Positions 47,722-56,908 of a stretch of DNA of 64,000 nt are shown piece after piece (within the stretch, counting starts at the first letter, position 1; every line of letters begins with the position of its first letter). This DNA is from Planctomycetota bacterium (lineage in GTDB: Bacteria; Planctomycetota; UBA11346): the NCBI GenBank assembly GCA_044338255.1, contig JBIILZ010000004.1:3808-67807 (forward strand). The letters are read 5' to 3'. Both the position numbers and the translations under genes were made by a program. A model generated the notes under the pieces. It was not told the origin of the DNA and searched no databases. It was given only the letters and a program-made list of their open reading frames with translations.

Positions 47722-48872
47722 GGTTGGACGAAGCCCTGGCGGCAGTGCACGACGCGCCCGAGGTCTGGTGCCTGGCAGGCCCGTGGTCGATGCTGACCTG
47801 GGACGTCGAGCCGGCCACGCTCGCTGACTTGCCACCGCTCGCCGACCTGCCACCGCTCGCCGGCGTGGGCGCAGCGGACAGTCTCGGCTGGAGCCGGTTC
47901 TCCGGTGGCTGGTTGATGCAGGCTGATTACGCCGGCGCGATGCAGGTGGTGCGGGTACGCTCGGCCCTGGTGTGGGGTCCGGATGGCGTGTGCACGACGC
48001 TGGGCGGAGCGCGTCTGCCCGCGTCGCCGACACCGACCGTTGCTGCCCTCAGCCCGCGTCTGGCCGGTCCCTTGCAGCCGGCCTGGGATCGGGCGGGACA
48101 TGGCCAGCGCGTGGCGCGCATCCGTGAACACATCGCCGCCGGCGATTGCTATCAGATCAACCTCACCCTGCCGTTTATCGGCAGTTTGGCGCAGGGTGAT
48201 GATCTGGCGGTCTTCCGTGCCTTGCTCGCGACCAGTCCGGCGCCGTTTGCCGGCTGCATCCGCCGCCCCGGTCAGTCGACCATCGTCAGCCATAGTCCGG
48301 AATGCCTGGTGGCCTGTGCCGCCGGGAACATCGCCAGCGCGCCGATCAAGGGCACCCGTCCTCGCGGACGTCGCGCCGAGCTCCTCGCGAGCGGCAAGGA
48401 CGCAGCCGAATTGACCATGATCGTCGATCTCGTGCGCAACGATCTCGGGCGCGTCGCCCAGCCCGGCAGCGTGCGCGTCAGCGATGCCCAGCGCGTCATC
48501 GACCTGCCCTATGTCCATCATCGGGCGGCGGAGGTGATCGCGCAGCTGCGCCCGGGTACGCGCTGGCACGAGGTCATCGACGCGATCTTTCCCGCAGGCT
48601 CGATCACCGGTGCGCCCAAGCGCAAGGCCATGGAGCTCATTGACCGTTATGAGGTCGCCACGCGCGGCGCATATTGCGGCAGCTTCGGCTGGATCGGCAA
48701 CGACGGAGCCGGCCAGCTCAACGTCGCGATCCGCACAGCACTGATCAGTGGCAAGCGCATTGCCGTGCATGCCGGCGGGGGCATCGTCGCCGACTCGGAA
48801 GGGGACAGCGAATGGGACGAAGTTCGCGCCAAGGCCTCGGCGCTGGCGGCGGCGCTCGGAGAAATTTTATGA
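47718..48872 (+). CDS. pabB: Aminodeoxychorismate/anthranilate synthase component I family (short form)
   Basis: Chorismate-binding motifs are present: IKGTRPRG, MIVDLVRNDLGRV, GSITGAPKRKAME, RGAYCGSFGW and GGGIVADS. The start overlaps the nadC stop. Confidence 0.8.
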   Translation: MRLDEALAAVHDAPEVWCLAGPWSMLTWDVEPATLADLPPLADLPPLAGVGAADSLGWSRFSGGWLMQADYAGAMQVVRVRSALVWGPDGVCTTLGGARLPASPTPTVAALSPRLAGPLQPAWDRAGHGQRVARIREHIAAGDCYQINLTLPFIGSLAQGDDLAVFRALLATSPAPFAGCIRRPGQSTIVSHSPECLVACAAGNIASAPIKGTRPRGRRAELLASGKDAAELTMIVDLVRNDLGRVAQPGSVRVSDAQRVIDLPYVHHRAAEVIAQLRPGTRWHEVIDAIFPAGSITGAPKRKAMELIDRYEVATRGAYCGSFGWIGNDGAGQLNVAIRTALISGKRIAVHAGGGIVADSEGDSEWDEVRAKASALAAALGEIL

Positions 48873-49750
48873 AATCTGCTGATATGGTGCGTGCGCTGCT
48901 GCTGAGCGGGGTCGTGCTGCTGCCGGCCTGTGCCCGCAATGAGGGCTATTCCGGTCGGGGGGTGTTTAATGAAGCGCACACCTCCTCGACCACCGCCTTG
49001 GCTGATGCTGAGCGCGTCGATGCCGCTCAGCATTTGTACACCGATGGCCTGTTCGATCGCGCCCGCGAAGCCGTCGATGGCCTGCTGGCTGATGGCGTCC
49101 GTCATCCGCAGGTGTTCATGCTCAAGGCCCAGCTGCTGCGCCAGGCCGGTGATCTCGATGGTGCTATTCCCTGGTGCGCGAAGGCCGTCGAGGCCTCGCC
49201 CGCGTGGGTCGAGCCACGCGTTCTGGCGGCGCAGATCCATCTCGCTCGTGAGCGCTACGCCGCCGCCGCGAGCTTGTTCGAGGACATCGATCGCCTGGCG
49301 CCGCGCGGACCGTGGGGCGCCTACGGTCAGGCGGTGGTGGCTTCGCGGCGCGGCGACCATGCGCAGGCGATCAGCTTCTGCGATCGGGCCCTGGAGCGCG
49401 ATCCCGACCACGAGCCGAGTCTCCAGCTGCGTGCCCAGCTGGCGCGGTTGAAGGGCGATGCCGCCGGCGAAGAACGTCTGCTGGCGCGCTACGCCGCCCT
49501 GCAGCCCATGGATGCCGAGGCGCGGGTGCGCCTGGGCGAGCTCGCGCAGGCCGCCGGGCGCATGGAGGACGCGCGTCGGCAGCTGATGCGCGCCTACGAG
49601 CTCGAACCGCGACCGAGCACCGCCGCGCAGCTCGCCGATCTGGCGCGCTTAGCCAACGACGTCGAAGACGAACGCCGCTGGCGACAACGCAGCGGTGCAC
49701 CGGTCAGGAATCCCGACGAGGAGCCCGTCTCACAACCATCGGTGCAGTAG
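48869..49750 (+). CDS. TPR-repeat lipoprotein
   Basis: MKSADMVRALLLSGVVLLPACARN contains a lipobox. Repeated A..y...g....A...f..al...P helical pairs follow. The start overlaps the pabB stop. Confidence 0.6.
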   Translation: MKSADMVRALLLSGVVLLPACARNEGYSGRGVFNEAHTSSTTALADAERVDAAQHLYTDGLFDRAREAVDGLLADGVRHPQVFMLKAQLLRQAGDLDGAIPWCAKAVEASPAWVEPRVLAAQIHLARERYAAAASLFEDIDRLAPRGPWGAYGQAVVASRRGDHAQAISFCDRALERDPDHEPSLQLRAQLARLKGDAAGEERLLARYAALQPMDAEARVRLGELAQAAGRMEDARRQLMRAYELEPRPSTAAQLADLARLANDVEDERRWRQRSGAPVRNPDEEPVSQPSVQ

Positions 49751-49799
49751 CCGGTGTCAGAGCTTCCTTTGCGATTTATATATCATATATGATTAGCCT

Positions 49800-50603
49800 A
49801 TGCTGACTCCTGGTCTGGTCTCCATCAGTTTTCGTACCTTGCCGGTGCCGGCGGTTCTGGGCTTGGCGCGCACCGCCGGTCTGCAGGCCATCGAATGGGG
49901 CGGCGATGTGCATTGCCCGCACGGTGACGAGGCCACCGCGCGGACGGTGGCAGCGGCGACCGCCGCCGCCGGCCTGACGGTTGCCGCCTATGGCTCGTAT
50001 TACCGCCTCGGCGTGAGCGAGGGCCAGGGCCTGAGTTTCGCCCAGGTGCTGGCGTCGGCGGTGGCCATCGGTGCCCCGGCGATCCGCGTCTGGGCCGGCA
50101 ATCAGGGCTCGGCAGCGACCTCGCCCGGGCAGCGGACGGCGATCATCAGCGATGCCCGTCGTATCGCCGACCTCGCGGCGGCGGTTGGCATCCGCGTGCT
50201 CAGCGAATGGCATGGCGGGACGCTGACCGACACCAGTGCCAGCGGCGTCGACTTTCTGAGCGCGGTCGGTCATCCGCATTTCGCGACCGTGTGGCAGCCG
50301 AATGTCGGACTGAGCACCGCGGCGGCCTTGGCCGAGCTTGCCGCCGCGCTGCCTTGGGTCGAACAACTGCATGTCTTTCACTGGCGTGAGCACGAGCGCC
50401 TGCCCTTGCAGGAGGGGGCCGACGCTTGGCGGCGCTACCTGGAGCTCGCCGCCACCAGCGGCAAGGTCCGCGCTGCGCTGCTCGAATTCGTGCGCGCTGA
50501 CGAGCCGGCGCAACTGGCTCGTGATGCCGCCACTTTACTCGACTTACTCCACCAGCTTGACCTCCTTGCCCCGCTCGCCGAACAGAAAGAGACCCCCGCA
50601 TGA
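49800..50603 (+). CDS. Sugar phosphate isomerase/epimerase (xylose isomerase-like TIM barrel)
   Basis: GLVSISFRTLPVPAVLGLARTAGLQAIEWGGDVH and the overall ~265-aa layout fit the AP endonuclease 2/xylose isomerase-like TIM-barrel family. Confidence 0.65.
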   Translation: MLTPGLVSISFRTLPVPAVLGLARTAGLQAIEWGGDVHCPHGDEATARTVAAATAAAGLTVAAYGSYYRLGVSEGQGLSFAQVLASAVAIGAPAIRVWAGNQGSAATSPGQRTAIISDARRIADLAAAVGIRVLSEWHGGTLTDTSASGVDFLSAVGHPHFATVWQPNVGLSTAAALAELAAALPWVEQLHVFHWREHERLPLQEGADAWRRYLELAATSGKVRAALLEFVRADEPAQLARDAATLLDLLHQLDLLAPLAEQKETPA

Positions 50604-51568
50604 CCGTCATCGCCATAACCCATCATGCGCAAGAGTTGCCACGTTTTTTCACCGATGGCGATCTGCGTCGTCTCCATGAGGCCGCCGAGGTCCGCATCGT
50701 CGGCCCTGAGCGTGCTGCGGTCTTGCCGCAATTGGCGGACGTCGACATCCTCCTCGGTTCGTGGGGCATGTTGCGTCTGGATACGGAATTGCTGGCGGCA
50801 GCGCCGCGCTTGCGGGCGGTGTGCTATGCCGCTGGCTCGGTGAAGTGCTTCGTCACGCCCGAGTCCTACGCCCGGGGGGTGCTGATCACCACGGCCATGC
50901 ATGCCAATGCCGTGCCGGTGGCCGAGGTCACCCTCGCCCTGATCACCCTCGCCAACAAGAACTGGTTCACCGCTCAGGCGGTGATGCGTCAGCCCTACAA
51001 GCATGAAATCGCCCATGTCGGCAATTTTGGAACCACGGTCGGTCTTATCGGCTATGGCGCGATCGCCCGCCTGGTGCTGGCCAAGCTGATGGCCATGGAA
51101 CTCAACGTCCTGGTCTACGACCCGCATGTGCGGGAATTGCCGGCGGGCGCCGAGCGCGTCGCCGACCTCGTCGAACTCGCCCGCCGCTGCGATGTCCTCA
51201 GCCTGCATGCGCCCGACATCCCGGCCACGCACGGGATGTGCGATGCCGCTTTCTTCGCCGCCATGCGCGACGGGGCGACCTTCATCAACACCGCCCGCGG
51301 CAGGCTGGTCGATGAGGCAGCGATGCTCGTCGAGCTCGAGCGCGGGCGCATCTACGCGCACCTCGATGTCACCCATCCCGAGCCACCGGTGGCCGACAGT
51401 CCCCTCTATCGCCTGCCCAACGTCTGGCTGACGCCGCACCTCGCAGGCAGCTCGAGCGGCGAGATCCGCCGCATGGGCCGCCTGGCGATCGAGGAATGCC
51501 TGAGCGTGATCGGCGGCCAGGCGCCGCGATTCCCAGTGCCGCAAAGCATGCTGGCGACGATGGCATAA
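50600..51568 (+). CDS. D-isomer-specific 2-hydroxyacid dehydrogenase family protein
   Basis: The NAD-binding motif is VGLIGYGAIARLV. SLHAP, INTARG and the catalytic THPEP...TPHLAGSS region are present. Confidence 0.85.
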   Translation: MTVIAITHHAQELPRFFTDGDLRRLHEAAEVRIVGPERAAVLPQLADVDILLGSWGMLRLDTELLAAAPRLRAVCYAAGSVKCFVTPESYARGVLITTAMHANAVPVAEVTLALITLANKNWFTAQAVMRQPYKHEIAHVGNFGTTVGLIGYGAIARLVLAKLMAMELNVLVYDPHVRELPAGAERVADLVELARRCDVLSLHAPDIPATHGMCDAAFFAAMRDGATFINTARGRLVDEAAMLVELERGRIYAHLDVTHPEPPVADSPLYRLPNVWLTPHLAGSSSGEIRRMGRLAIEECLSVIGGQAPRFPVPQSMLATMA

Positions 51569-51682
51569 GTGGCCGGGCGGGATGCCGGGGTCCAGGGGCC
51601 GGGCCGAGTGCCGGGGACCAGGGGCGGTCGTCCACGACTTGACGCCTGCCACTTTGCCCTATGTTGCCCGCCCTGTTGACGG

Positions 51683-51756
51683 TGGGGCATCGTCTAACGG
51701 TAGGACTGCAGATTCTGGCTCTGCCTATCGGGGTTCGAATCCCTGTGCCCCAACCA
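51683..51756 (+). tRNA. tRNA-Gln (anticodon CUG), CCA encoded
   Basis: Hand-folded. The acceptor is TGGGGCA/TGCCCCA with a U1-A72 pair typical of tRNA-Gln. The D arm is GTCT-AACGGTA-GGAC. The anticodon stem is GCAGA/TCTGC with loop TTCTGGC. The T arm is CGGGG-TTCGAAT-CCCTG. Discriminator A and CCA follow. Confidence 0.9.
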
Positions 51757-53248
51757 ACCAGGACGGCTGTACAAAACAGCCGTTTTGACCTGTGATGGCC
51801 CTCCCCTGCAAGGGGGAGGGCCACGCTTTTAGGGTCATATGCCTATCAAACCCGCAATGAACTTCTGCTAACAAGGCGCTTATCACGGCCTGTTGCTCGT
51901 CATTTGGCCGGCCCAACAGGCGATCAAGCCCTGTGCGAAGCCGTTCGGCCTGAATTTCCAGATCGTCATCCTTGATGCGTGCATGGGCTAGAGCGCCTTC
52001 GATGCGATCGAGGTTTTTCTGGGCTACAGCCTGCTCTTCGCTCAGTCTTTCGACTTCGCCCCGAGCGGCGGTCGCTAGGGCGTCTCCTTTGGCGAGGAGA
52101 TCGATGATGCGTGCGATTCGTGCCTGGCATCCATCGCGCAGTCGGGCGTGCTTGGCCCGCTCCTCGATGAGCAGTTCCCCGCGAAGGGCGTTTGCCGCTC
52201 GTTCACGCGCCCAAATCTTCATGAGTGGTCCGTCGGTGCCCGCGAGAGAGGAAAGTGCCTGTAATGCGGCTCTTTCCCATGCTACGGCAGGAAGGTCTCT
52301 GGCCGTGCATCCCGCATGTGCGATTTTTCTGGAGCAACGGTAGTAGGGATACGCCTGCCCATGTCGCCCGCATGATGTTACTCCGACTAAGCGGCCACCG
52401 CATAGGGCACAACGCCCAACACTTCCCAAAACCCAGATACGATTCGTGCCGCGGCCGATCTTCTTCCGAGCTCCCTCACCAAAGCCGGCACGATCATTTG
52501 GACGCCTGTCGACCAGCGCTTTGGCTGCGCGTACAAATGTATCTAAATCGATGAGCTGTCCGATATATCGACGTTGGCGGATCAATCTTGCTACTGCTTG
52601 CCTGCTCCATGGACGATTGCGTGGAGATTGCACACCATTGCTGCGCAGCCAGTCGCTCAGTTCGGCCAAAGATTCTCCTTCGAGGCAGCGATGCCAGACC
52701 TGGGCAACGATCGGTCCGTGTTCAGGATGAACGATGAGCTTTTTGTTGCCTGGTGGCCCAATGACAACGAGCCCTGCGGGGACCGGACCACCAACGAAGG
52801 CTCCCTTCGACTTAAGCAATCGCATAGACGCTCCGACCCGTTCGCTGATCGCTTCGCGCTCATATTGGCCAAAAGTTCCTAAAATCCCTAAGAACATCCG
52901 GCCGACCGCGGATTCCGTATCCAAGTTTTCGGTTACCGAAACGAGTTCAATATTGTTTTGGTTACACAATTTCACCAGCGAACACAGGTCGCTCACTGAG
53001 CGACTCAAGCGGTCGAGCTTCCAGACGCAGATACCCTTCACGCTTCCTGTTTTGACCAGCTCCAGGACTCGCTTCGCTCCTGGCCTCATGAGATCCTTAG
53101 CGCTGAATCCCGCGTCTTCTACGTGGATGGGATCGTTCACGCCTTTGCTGAGCAGAAGCGCCCTGCATCGCTCGAGTTGAGAGGACAAGCTAACGCCCTC
53201 GCGAGCTTGATCCTCGGTGGACACTCTCGTGTAGATGACCCAGTGCAT
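51725..53248 (-). CDS. Large serine recombinase (island 2 integrase)
   Basis: MHWVIYTRVSTEDQ contains the Ser nucleophile. WKLDRLSRS, a recombinase domain, a zinc ribbon (CALCGGRLVG...YYRCSRKIAHAGC) and a coiled-coil follow. The last ~10 codons plus the stop (51725-51756, 32 nt) are antisense to the tRNA-Gln T-arm and acceptor. Confidence 0.9.
   Translation of the reverse strand: MHWVIYTRVSTEDQAREGVSLSSQLERCRALLLSKGVNDPIHVEDAGFSAKDLMRPGAKRVLELVKTGSVKGICVWKLDRLSRSVSDLCSLVKLCNQNNIELVSVTENLDTESAVGRMFLGILGTFGQYEREAISERVGASMRLLKSKGAFVGGPVPAGLVVIGPPGNKKLIVHPEHGPIVAQVWHRCLEGESLAELSDWLRSNGVQSPRNRPWSRQAVARLIRQRRYIGQLIDLDTFVRAAKALVDRRPNDRAGFGEGARKKIGRGTNRIWVLGSVGRCALCGGRLVGVTSCGRHGQAYPYYRCSRKIAHAGCTARDLPAVAWERAALQALSSLAGTDGPLMKIWARERAANALRGELLIEERAKHARLRDGCQARIARIIDLLAKGDALATAARGEVERLSEEQAVAQKNLDRIEGALAHARIKDDDLEIQAERLRTGLDRLLGRPNDEQQAVISALLAEVHCGFDRHMTLKAWPSPLQGRAITGQNGCFVQPSWLVGAQGFEPR
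51763..51787 (+). terminator. Hairpin plus T-run downstream of tRNA-Gln
   Basis: acggctg tacaaaa cagccgt is followed by ttt. It lies inside the C-terminal coding region of the minus-strand recombinase. Confidence 0.5.
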
Positions 53249-53509
53249 GGATACTCCCGGAGAAGGTGAAGTCAGACGGACTGAATCCTATCATGCACTG
53301 TGGCATTCCATCATGAACCTGGAAAGGGGTTCTTATTCTGTCCGGTCCTTTTGTCTTGACGGTATGCCTGCGGTAGTCGGTTGATGCAAATAATCATCTG
53401 GTCAGGCCTTAAGATAAAAGTGATTCGTAATCTTCCCTGGTGTTGACAGTCCGGAAAATCGGACAGCTTAAAATTGCTTAGAAATACCGCGCATTTTCAA
53501 TAGATTCAT

Positions 53510-55186
53510 GTGCTATGGCTATTTCCAGAGCCGAGTGCAATCGATTGGGCGCGATTCAGGCAGCCAACGATGCTCGACTCGAAATCCATCCTTCAGAATG
53601 CGATCATCCAGACGCGCAACGCAGACGCGCCAAGGCCCTCGAGATCCTTTGGGAACTCGGGGCCATGGCTGCACCCGCAGCTTATCCGGCACCCGAAGAA
53701 TCCACAGGGGCAGATAGCCGTGCGCGACCGTCCATTTGAATCGCCAAACCCACTGGCTGGTCATCGTGTAGCCAAGGCGGTGAGCTGGTTTACCAGCGAA
53801 GAACGAGTTCCCGCCATCGCACCGCGATGGCTCCTCGAACAACCGCTTTGGCATGAGCCCGAACGGGCAATCAAACACGCGCATTTCCGGCGTGATTTCG
53901 TGGCCACCGACCCGCATAATGGCTTTTCGCGGCGCATGATCCTCGAAACCAACAACGACATCGCTGGCCAAACTGGAAGGCACTCTCCGGGCGGCTTGCT
54001 GCGCTGGCTCGACATGGATATCGCGGTCGCCCTCAGTCGGGCTTGGACGGAAAACCGCTCAAAGAATCTAGAATGCTTCCAGAAGGATCTGTTGACCTGG
54101 ATGGGCTACCATTCATCGAATAGGCACCATTCTCCTTATCGAGAAATACGCGGGTCTATTGATCGTCTACGTCGTACCGCGATCGCGCTGTATGCCTATG
54201 GTGATGACCGCTCGCGCGTACCGTGGTTCACGATTCTGTCCGAAGGCAATCTGTGCCAGGAACAGCTCTCGGGTCGTCGTGTCATCTTGCAAGCGCAGCT
54301 CAGCGATGCCTGGACTAAGGTGCTCTCCAGTTTGGAGGATTGGACCATTTTCGACATAGAGTGCTATGCCCATCTTGCCCGCACTAACCTTCGGTTGGGT
54401 CTTTCCCGAGCAATGTACCTCTATTTTGCAGCAAACCGCGACTGGAAAACGATGCAGTTTTCAGTCAGCGTCACGGCGCTCCACGAGCAATTCGGAGATA
54501 GATCGGGAATTGATGGGCCATTGATTTATCGGAACGCCTTCAATCAGAAATCCCGCCTTCGCCGGGCCATCGATCATTTGGCCGGTTCCGGCGTTATCCG
54601 CTTCAGCGATGTAACCCGCAATCACCTACTCAACGGAGAATTTATCAGGCCGAGCAGCCTCATCACGTTTGCCACAATCGAGCAGGAGCGCGCTCATCGT
54701 ATCGGTACTCAAGAAGAATTACCTTTCTTGACGGGCCCGCTGCTGGCGCTCAGTGCGCAATCAGTCGAGGCGCAAGTAGCGATACCGAAGAACCCGCCGC
54801 GTACGGTTCCAAAGATTTTTCATACGTTCACCGAGCTATTGCCCAGCCTGCGCCCTGCATTGCTACAGCGGGCATGCGACAACGGATGGACTCAGGATCA
54901 ATTGAGCAATTTTCTCGGATATCTGTTTTGGAAGGAGGCGAACGGTGGGGTCCATAGCCTCATCGGGCTCGCAGTTCGATTGCTGGATGAGGGAATTACG
55001 GATCCTCAGCATCGTGAACTGCGCTGGTGCTGGCATGGGATCAGTAGCGAGATCGGTCTTTCGACTCGGGAGGAATGGATCGCCTGGACACGAAAAGAGG
55101 TGGTCCGCAGACGCGCTCTGAAGGGAAGGTTCACAGAGCAAAGAAAAGTTACCACATCTGTCCCAGAGATGGAGACCCAGCCATGA
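53510..55186 (+). CDS. Putative plasmid-type replication initiator (RepA/TrfA-like); function tentative
   Basis: 558 aa from GTG 53510, with an alternative ATG at 53570. GGLLRWLDMDIAVALSRAW and the later YLYFAANRDWK...VSVTALHEQFG resemble winged-helix Rep initiators. It lies directly upstream of parA, with an ATGA overlap. Confidence 0.4.
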   Translation: MLWLFPEPSAIDWARFRQPTMLDSKSILQNAIIQTRNADAPRPSRSFGNSGPWLHPQLIRHPKNPQGQIAVRDRPFESPNPLAGHRVAKAVSWFTSEERVPAIAPRWLLEQPLWHEPERAIKHAHFRRDFVATDPHNGFSRRMILETNNDIAGQTGRHSPGGLLRWLDMDIAVALSRAWTENRSKNLECFQKDLLTWMGYHSSNRHHSPYREIRGSIDRLRRTAIALYAYGDDRSRVPWFTILSEGNLCQEQLSGRRVILQAQLSDAWTKVLSSLEDWTIFDIECYAHLARTNLRLGLSRAMYLYFAANRDWKTMQFSVSVTALHEQFGDRSGIDGPLIYRNAFNQKSRLRRAIDHLAGSGVIRFSDVTRNHLLNGEFIRPSSLITFATIEQERAHRIGTQEELPFLTGPLLALSAQSVEAQVAIPKNPPRTVPKIFHTFTELLPSLRPALLQRACDNGWTQDQLSNFLGYLFWKEANGGVHSLIGLAVRLLDEGITDPQHRELRWCWHGISSEIGLSTREEWIAWTRKEVVRRRALKGRFTEQRKVTTSVPEMETQP

Positions 55187-55905
55187 CACTAGTCCGCATA
55201 GCCGTCGCCGCACGCAAGGGCGGAGTCGGAAAGACGACGCTGGCGACCGGCCTGGCATCAGCGTTCGCTGCCGTTGGCATCGAGACGTTGCTGTTCGACC
55301 TTGACCCCCAGAGCAATGCCGCCTTCGCGTTGGGCGTTGATCCGACTGCACAGGGGACTGCCGAATATCTCACGGGTAAAGCCGTCGAGCCGACAGGGGC
55401 TGCACCTCATTTGCATGTCTTTCCTGGCGGACCGGCTTTGACCAGTTACCTCATCGAGAGCCTCGACGTCGAAGAGCTCCATGACCGAATTCGAGGTCGA
55501 AATGAATCAGTGATCATCTTTGATTGCCCTCCCGGGGAGGAGCACCTCGAACGTTTAGCGCTCGTGGCAGCTGATGTTGCGTTGGTAACCGTAGATGCCC
55601 ATCCATTCGCCGTGAGCGGTGCAGCGCGGGTGCTGGACCTCATCGCGAGCCGAAGGCTCAAGGGAAGGCAATGCCCACACAGGCTTGCCCTGATCGCATC
55701 ACGGATAGATGCCCGCCGCAGCTTCGATCGGGAGCTTGTTCAGCAATTGGCTCAGGCTTTCCCCAACATTCCGATTTTCAGCGTTCGCCAGGATGCCGCG
55801 CTTGCTGCCGCATCTGCCGACCGCATTCCCATCGCCAAAGCGGCACCTGAATGCCGTGGCTACCACGACCTCATCTCCATAAAGGAATGGATACATGACC
55901 ACTGA
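55183..55905 (+). CDS. parA: ParA-family partition ATPase
   Basis: The deviant Walker A is AARKGGVGKTTLA. DLDPQSN and IFDCPPG are also present. Confidence 0.85.
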   Translation: MTLVRIAVAARKGGVGKTTLATGLASAFAAVGIETLLFDLDPQSNAAFALGVDPTAQGTAEYLTGKAVEPTGAAPHLHVFPGGPALTSYLIESLDVEELHDRIRGRNESVIIFDCPPGEEHLERLALVAADVALVTVDAHPFAVSGAARVLDLIASRRLKGRQCPHRLALIASRIDARRSFDRELVQQLAQAFPNIPIFSVRQDAALAAASADRIPIAKAAPECRGYHDLISIKEWIHDH

Positions 55906-56698
55906 TCGTAATCGCGTCGTCTCTCAGGATGCCCTGGATGCCGGGCGTGCTTTATCACGCCAAGAAAGTGCCATGAACGCCGATGGGGCGGAAATGCAGG
56001 GACGTCGGACAATCTCGTTGGAGGGAATCCAAGACCGCCATGCGGAGACCCGCAAGCTCACGCCAAGCCATGTTGAGCATTTGAGCGAAAGCATAGCTGC
56101 GTTGGGCCTGATCGAGCCGATCGTTGTCGACCGTTCGGGCCGCTTGTTGGCAGGTGGGCATAGGCTGCAGGCGATCAAGCAGCTCAAGGCTGAATCGCCC
56201 ACCGTTTTTGTGGAGCGATTTCCTAATGGCATGATCCCGGTCCGTATCATGGATCTGAATGCGGATACGGATCATCAGCAGGCATTGGCTATCGAGGTCG
56301 CAGAGAACGCGCAGCGCCGAAACTACACTTCCCGGGAGGTAAAAAAGCTAGCCAAGCGCTTAGTGAAAGCTGGCTATAAAGACACTGCTGGCCGCCCGAA
56401 AGATGGAGAGAAATCACTCGCGCCGGCCCTTGCGGTGGTGATTGGTTGCAGCTTGAGAACGGTTCGGAGACACCTCAGCTCGACCGATAATCAAATAGTG
56501 ACAGATGTCACCATTACTTCAGATCCATCGCATTTTCTGGCAGTTCAACAGCTTTTAATCGCGACCAATAAAGGTCTCGATAAGCTGAACTCCTGCGCTG
56601 AGGTTCCGGCTGATCTCATGGCGATTGCGCGGCAGTTTTCGGATTGCCTGAAAAGTGAGATTCAGCGTCTTGGGGCTGTAAGGCGAGAATTGGCCTGA
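55895..56698 (+). CDS. parB: ParB-like nuclease-domain / partition protein
   Basis: LTPSHVEHLSESIAALGLIEPIVVDRSGRLLAGGHRLQAIKQL is the ParB N-terminal motif with GxHR. An HTH-like region follows. It overlaps the parA 3' end. Confidence 0.8.
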   Translation: MTTDRNRVVSQDALDAGRALSRQESAMNADGAEMQGRRTISLEGIQDRHAETRKLTPSHVEHLSESIAALGLIEPIVVDRSGRLLAGGHRLQAIKQLKAESPTVFVERFPNGMIPVRIMDLNADTDHQQALAIEVAENAQRRNYTSREVKKLAKRLVKAGYKDTAGRPKDGEKSLAPALAVVIGCSLRTVRRHLSSTDNQIVTDVTITSDPSHFLAVQQLLIATNKGLDKLNSCAEVPADLMAIARQFSDCLKSEIQRLGAVRRELA

Positions 56699-56760
56699 GT
56701 CCTTTTGAAGGTCTAATGGCAAAAAGACTACCGCATACGAAGACAGCGATGCAAGATATA

Positions 56761-56795
56761 GGTTATACATTAAAACGGTGTTTTACTGTATAACC
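56761..56795. repeat. AT-rich 16-bp-stem hairpin (1 mismatch, 3-nt loop)
   Basis: ggttatacattaaaac ggt gttttactgtataacc. It lies between parB and the mobC-like gene. Confidence 0.85.
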
Positions 56796-56908
56796 GCGGT
56801 CCCACTCGCTGCCGTCTCTCCCTTTGGTCGAGAACGGCGCTTGGGGCTTTATGATATGTCCGTGCCACTGCGCTTTGCTTGTGATCACACTTTCCAAATG
56901 GCATACTC

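Noticed and set aside
51590-51630. ggggtccaggggccgggccgagtgccggggaccaggggc upstream of tRNA-Gln, considered as a sixth (decayed) heptamer array
   Set aside because: Only two or three units can be placed in register. That is too short and too degenerate to distinguish from GC-rich background.
53443-53474. TTGACA ... TAAAAT sigma-70-like promoter with an embedded gtccg-N6-cggac inverted repeat upstream of the Rep-like gene
   Set aside because: The spacer between the hexamers is 20 nt, well beyond the 16-18 nt optimum. It is kept only as a weak possibility and is not reported as a feature.
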